A stretch of 36,439 bases of DNA from a virus. The stretch lies in the IMG/VR virus record IMGVR_UViG_3300025082_000003. One strand, written 5' to 3'. The notes under the pieces were generated by a model. The model had not been told where the DNA came from and searched no databases. It worked only from the letters and a program-made list of their open reading frames with translations. A program made the position numbers and the translations under genes. Shown here piece after piece: positions 33,391 to 36,439 of this stretch; the stretch's first letter is position 1, and the number at the start of each line of letters is the position of its first letter.

Positions 33391-33590
33391 TTCACTCCTT
33401 TGTATGTGTTGTAGTTTTTGACGTTGCAAATAACGCTTTCGCTTCGTTCGTAAATCTTTGCTAACTCTTTGCTAGGCTTATCTGATTTTCTAATTTCCCG
33501 AACTTCATCCCGGGTTAAAGCCCTTTTCTTAGTTGATTTCTTCTTACCAAAACCGTAAGGCATTGGATAGGTTTGATTAGTAAAACTCAT
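33387..33590 (-). CDS. HTH protein, tandem paralog A
   Basis: LTRDEVREIRKSDKPSKELAKIYERSESVICNVKNYNTYKGVK, the same pattern as the downstream gene. Confidence 0.55.
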   Translation of the reverse strand: MSFTNQTYPMPYGFGKKKSTKKRALTRDEVREIRKSDKPSKELAKIYERSESVICNVKNYNTYKGVK

Positions 33591-33769
33591 TTACTACACC
33601 TCATTAAAAATTTATGTTTAAGTACAAAATTCCATCCTTTATTAAACGCATTAGCCTGAGCGTTCCATCTTCCGAACCTGTTAAAGGTTCTCTCACAATT
33701 GCCTTTAGTCTCAATACAGGCTGTTAAGCCCTCGTTGTATGCCTCGTTTCTTCTTTTGGAGCTAATCAT
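33587..33769 (-). CDS. Hypothetical protein
   Basis: 60-aa ORF with ATGA coupling. Confidence 0.45.
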   Translation of the reverse strand: MISSKRRNEAYNEGLTACIETKGNCERTFNRFGRWNAQANAFNKGWNFVLKHKFLMRCSK

Positions 33770-34022
33770 TTTGAAATGTAATCTGATTTTCAGAAGAAGT
33801 AATAGATCCGCTTAATCCGTATTCCATAAACGGAAGATATTGAGAATTTTCACTTATACCATTCTTAGCTTTTTTTAGATACTTCCTTTCCATATCTTTT
33901 GGATTATCAAAATATTTACCCATCTCTTTAAACATTTGTGTTCGTGAAGTGAATACTATCTTTTGACAGCCTACACTTACAATCCATCCGTTTAATACAC
34001 CTTCAATTTTTATGTCTTTCAT
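33762..34022 (-). CDS. Hypothetical protein
   Basis: 86-aa ORF. Confidence 0.55.
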   Translation of the reverse strand: MKDIKIEGVLNGWIVSVGCQKIVFTSRTQMFKEMGKYFDNPKDMERKYLKKAKNGISENSQYLPFMEYGLSGSITSSENQITFQND

Positions 34023-34072
34023 TTTGTTTCCTGTATTTTGGCAATAAACCTAATCTATTGCCGATTTAAAGT

Positions 34073-34480
34073 TTATAAATACCTTTTATGACTTGATATA
34101 TGATCGTCAATCTGTCTTTTGTTTTGCCTGTATTCATCAGGAGTTGGAATATAACACCCTTGCATCCCTGAATAGTCTCTTATCCAATCTATGAAGTCGG
34201 TAAGCTCTTTAGAGTCCATCCCTCTAGTTCTCTTTAGAAACTTATCTCCGTTCTTTTCATAAACCATAAACGAGCAATTCCTTTTTAGAAGTGTTTTAGC
34301 TTCATCTAAAGTATAACCAAATTCAATGGCAAAGATTGATATGCAAACATGAAGGTAAGAGTTTTGTGTTAGCGTTCTTTTTTCCCTTATCTCTGTTAGT
34401 TCAACCTTTTTATCTTTTAGGGTTTTAAGCCTAGCCTTGAATTTGTTTGCATCGTATGGTTTAGAAAGATCGTAAATCAT
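34073..34480 (-). CDS. NinB/Orf-like recombination mediator
   Basis: KRTLTQNSYLH resembles the NinB RSLDQNRKLW motif. It lies adjacent to the annealase gene. Confidence 0.5.
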   Translation of the reverse strand: MIYDLSKPYDANKFKARLKTLKDKKVELTEIREKRTLTQNSYLHVCISIFAIEFGYTLDEAKTLLKRNCSFMVYEKNGDKFLKRTRGMDSKELTDFIDWIRDYSGMQGCYIPTPDEYRQNKRQIDDHISSHKRYL

Positions 34481-34483
34481 AGG

Positions 34484-35044
34484 TTATTTAATATGTCCAG
34501 CTTCTTTTGATATGTTAACAAAGTATTCCATGTTCAATTTATTAACAGCATATTTATCCCTAAGCTTGTATGGATTGCCACCATTTCGAACCCATTCTTC
34601 TGCTTTATCCCATTCCTCCATGCCCTCATTGAGCCACTCTTTATCATCTGATTTTTTCGATGGTTTACTATCTTTTGGTTTACTTGATCCTTTAGAAGCT
34701 AAATTTGCATCATCATCTTCTGCCTCAATTCCTAAAAGAGATTGGAGGGAATATCTTCTGTAATAAGTTATTGCAGAACCAATCTTTTGCGGATCGTTAA
34801 TTTCAGGTAGGGGTATAAAAGATTCGACAGTTTCACCCGATCCAAAATCCATTATAATGGTTCCAACCTCTCCGTTTTTTATAGGCTGTAAAAGCAACAA
34901 GTCATGTCTTATAAATTCAGGTCTTAATGTTTCAATCAGTTGGTTTACATCAAAATACCTAGACTTATAAAAAGGGTTTTCGCTATCCTTTTTCATCTTA
35001 TCCATTGTTGATGTTATTTCAAATAGTTTTTTATAGATGCTCAT
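34484..35044 (-). CDS. ERF-family single-strand annealing protein
   Basis: GSAITYYRRYSLQSLLGIEAEDDD is the characteristic ERF core, followed by a C-terminal acidic/basic tail. Confidence 0.75.
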   Translation of the reverse strand: MSIYKKLFEITSTMDKMKKDSENPFYKSRYFDVNQLIETLRPEFIRHDLLLLQPIKNGEVGTIIMDFGSGETVESFIPLPEINDPQKIGSAITYYRRYSLQSLLGIEAEDDDANLASKGSSKPKDSKPSKKSDDKEWLNEGMEEWDKAEEWVRNGGNPYKLRDKYAVNKLNMEYFVNISKEAGHIK

Positions 35045-35484
35045 TTCTTCACCATTTTTAAAGATGTTGTGTAACTTGATTCAGCAGGCGGTATAACCTC
35101 ACCATGAACTACAAGCTGTTTATTTTGCTCATTCATTTGTAAGGCTTTTTTCATCAGGTTTTCACGCTCTTTTTTAGAAGTCTCGATCCCTTGCCATTCT
35201 TCATCATGCTTGTAGGAATAGTTTGAACGCCCTGTTAATTGAACATCAAACCCATGATAAACCAACTCTTCTTTTTCTCCATACTTTTGCCGTTCATCAA
35301 TAGCAATATCTTTTATTCTATTTAATACTTGGCTTAGCAATTTGCTTTGACTGTATAACAAAGCATACGCTTCCATTGGATTCATTAACCCTTCATCAAC
35401 CCTTTCTTCGATTGATAAAAAGTCCTGATGTGCTATCTCTTGCAACCCTACTTCCTGTCCGTAGTTTCCTTGTACTTCACTCAT
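35041..35484 (-). CDS. Gp157-like protein (siphovirus Gp157 family, tentative)
   Basis: Size, coiled-coil character and position directly upstream of ERF, as in Sfi21-type modules. Confidence 0.4.
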   Translation of the reverse strand: MSEVQGNYGQEVGLQEIAHQDFLSIEERVDEGLMNPMEAYALLYSQSKLLSQVLNRIKDIAIDERQKYGEKEELVYHGFDVQLTGRSNYSYKHDEEWQGIETSKKERENLMKKALQMNEQNKQLVVHGEVIPPAESSYTTSLKMVKK

Positions 35485-35633
35485 TTATTTTCTCCTATTT
35501 TACCGTAAGGCGCTTCTGTTACTGAAACCACCTTAGCTTGATTGTCGTATTTGTCGTTAATTTCTTTAGCTATCTGATTAGCTTCTTCTTCGTTGTTGAC
35601 ATACATATCTATTGTTACAGCGTATCTTTTCAT
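35481..35633 (-). CDS. Small hypothetical protein, 50 aa (not in track)
   Basis: ATGA overlaps at both ends. Sequence MKRYAVTIDMYVNNEEEANQIAKEINDKYDNQAKVVSVTEAPYGKIGENK. Confidence 0.45.
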   Translation of the reverse strand: MKRYAVTIDMYVNNEEEANQIAKEINDKYDNQAKVVSVTEAPYGKIGENK

Positions 35634-35914
35634 AGTTCCTTTTGTATTTGTTCTTCAATAACTTCAAATAGTAATTCGTTAGTCTCAACATCAGGAGCGT
35701 ATTCTAAAGCCCATTCAGATTGAGTTACTTCCGTTATGTAGTCGTATTTGTCAATAGCTCCTTTTCCAATTAGGAATACAGCATCTTCAAAATCGAGTTC
35801 TTTTTCCATTGCTCCGAATCCAGTTTCAAATCGAGGCGAACCTGATAACGCACTATCGCAATGTCTTTGCTCGTACACTCCGTTATAGTTCATGTTTACT
35901 AGAGGTAAGTTCAT
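35630..35914 (-). CDS. Hypothetical protein
   Basis: 94-aa ORF. Confidence 0.55.
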   Translation of the reverse strand: MNLPLVNMNYNGVYEQRHCDSALSGSPRFETGFGAMEKELDFEDAVFLIGKGAIDKYDYITEVTQSEWALEYAPDVETNELLFEVIEEQIQKEL

Positions 35915-36120
35915 TTCTTTTCCACCAATTCAATATTAAGATTAAGTAAATCCATCAACTTTTTTATGTCCTCAGACTTTAAACATCTATTAGAAGATGA
36001 AAAGTTATATAAGGACTGTTTTGGTATCCCTGCATTTTCAGCAATTTGATACATTTTCAAACCCGTTCTTGATTTATACTCGTGTAACTTTCCGTTTAGT
36101 TTGTGGTCAAATTCATTCAT
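35911..36120 (-). CDS. XRE-family HTH regulator (Cro/CI-like); first gene of the early operon
   Basis: LKMYQIAENAGIPKQSLYNF is an HTH segment. The gene faces a divergent intergenic region. Confidence 0.7.
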   Translation of the reverse strand: MNEFDHKLNGKLHEYKSRTGLKMYQIAENAGIPKQSLYNFSSSNRCLKSEDIKKLMDLLNLNIELVEKK

Positions 36121-36253
36121 TTATTATTGGTCTATTTAAAATTGCTTTTCACATTATACGGATATTTATTAACCTAAACAAGAACTATTTTCTTTATTTT
36201 GTGAAAAAAGATTTGCATATATCAAAAAAGGGTTGTAGATTCTCTCAAGCAAC
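36121..36253. promoter_or_regulatory. Divergent control region between the early minus-strand operon and the plus-strand arm
   Basis: 133-bp AT-rich gap between divergent genes. I could not identify explicit -35/-10 or Bacteroidota-type motifs. Confidence 0.35.
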
Positions 36254-36439
36254 AATAACAAACTTTGAGAATTATGGCCGAACAAATTAAACACGCAGAA
36301 ACTAAAGTAGAATTTTTTAAAGATGCCTTTGCTGAAACGGGTGATAAGTATTATTACGAACAGGCTAACAACTGGATTAACCACATAGCTGATTTGAAGA
36401 ATAACTAATTCTCAAAGCACCGAAGGTGAGTAGGTGCTT
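36254..36439. repeat. 186-bp repeat, copy at window end (duplicate representation of 1..186, including the 44-aa ORF at 36274..36408 and the hairpin at 36415..36439)
   Basis: 186/186 identical to the window start. Confidence 0.95.

Noticed and set aside
36146-36207. Inverted heptamers TTTTCAC / GTGAAAA, 48 nt apart, in the divergent control region as operator sites
   Set aside because: A single 7-bp pair in an AT-rich region is expected by chance. There is no second copy and no match to the palindrome upstream of the LexA-like gene.
1-36439. Search for CRISPR arrays, integrase/attP, toxin-antitoxin or known defence/anti-defence cassettes, and rRNA/tRNA genes
   Set aside because: I saw no short repeat-spacer periodicity, no tyrosine or serine recombinase motifs and no recognisable defence-system domains. 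The only tRNA-like signals are the partial mimics listed above.

Overview
The window is essentially one complete tailed-phage genome. Its unique length is 36,253 bp, because bases 1-186 recur exactly at 36254-36439, so the sequence closes on itself (circular or terminally redundant). The phage looks siphovirus-like: it has an HK97-fold capsid module, a 617-aa tape measure protein and no sheath gene.

Layout:
- Plus-strand arm, 21 to 25517. It runs through many small unknown genes, an XhlA-like and holin-like membrane protein pair, terS, terL, portal and a Mu-F/SPP1-gp7-like head protein. A glycosyltransferase / methyltransferase / glycosyltransferase island follows, then prohead protease, major capsid protein, connector proteins, major tail protein, frameshifted tail chaperones and tape measure. 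It ends with a 1447-aa tail fibre, a DnaQ-like exonuclease and three distal structural proteins.
- Minus-strand early and replication-recombination module, 36120 down to 29794. It contains an XRE HTH protein, Gp157-like protein, ERF annealase, NinB-like protein, SSB, a replisome organiser with internal iterons, a DnaC-like loader and a DnaA-C-like HTH protein.
- Second minus-strand arm, 29732 down to 25507. It contains small genes, a LexA-DBD-like HTH protein, RusA, a YbcO-like protein, a P-loop kinase and an M15 endolysin.

I saw no integrase, CRISPR array, rRNA or canonical tRNA.

Features not explained by the ORF track:
1. A third, perfectly inverted copy of the 186-bp unit (a 44-aa ORF plus hairpin) at 29547-29732. 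With the copy at the window ends it brackets the 6.5-kb early module and heads both outward arms.
2. A roughly 590-nt ORF-free, GC-enriched, helix-dense region at 28957-29546 in an otherwise tightly packed operon. It includes a tRNA-like T-arm plus acceptor mimic and is a candidate large structured RNA.
3. A 52-nt element (51/52 identical) in sense orientation upstream of both lysis gene sets.
4. An 8-bp tandem duplication that puts an Fn3/Ig-like C-terminal domain out of frame.
5. A perfect 294-bp in-frame tandem duplication in the tail fibre.
6. Iterons inside the initiator gene and several further long hairpins.

All family calls rest on motif recognition by eye. No database search or folding program was run.
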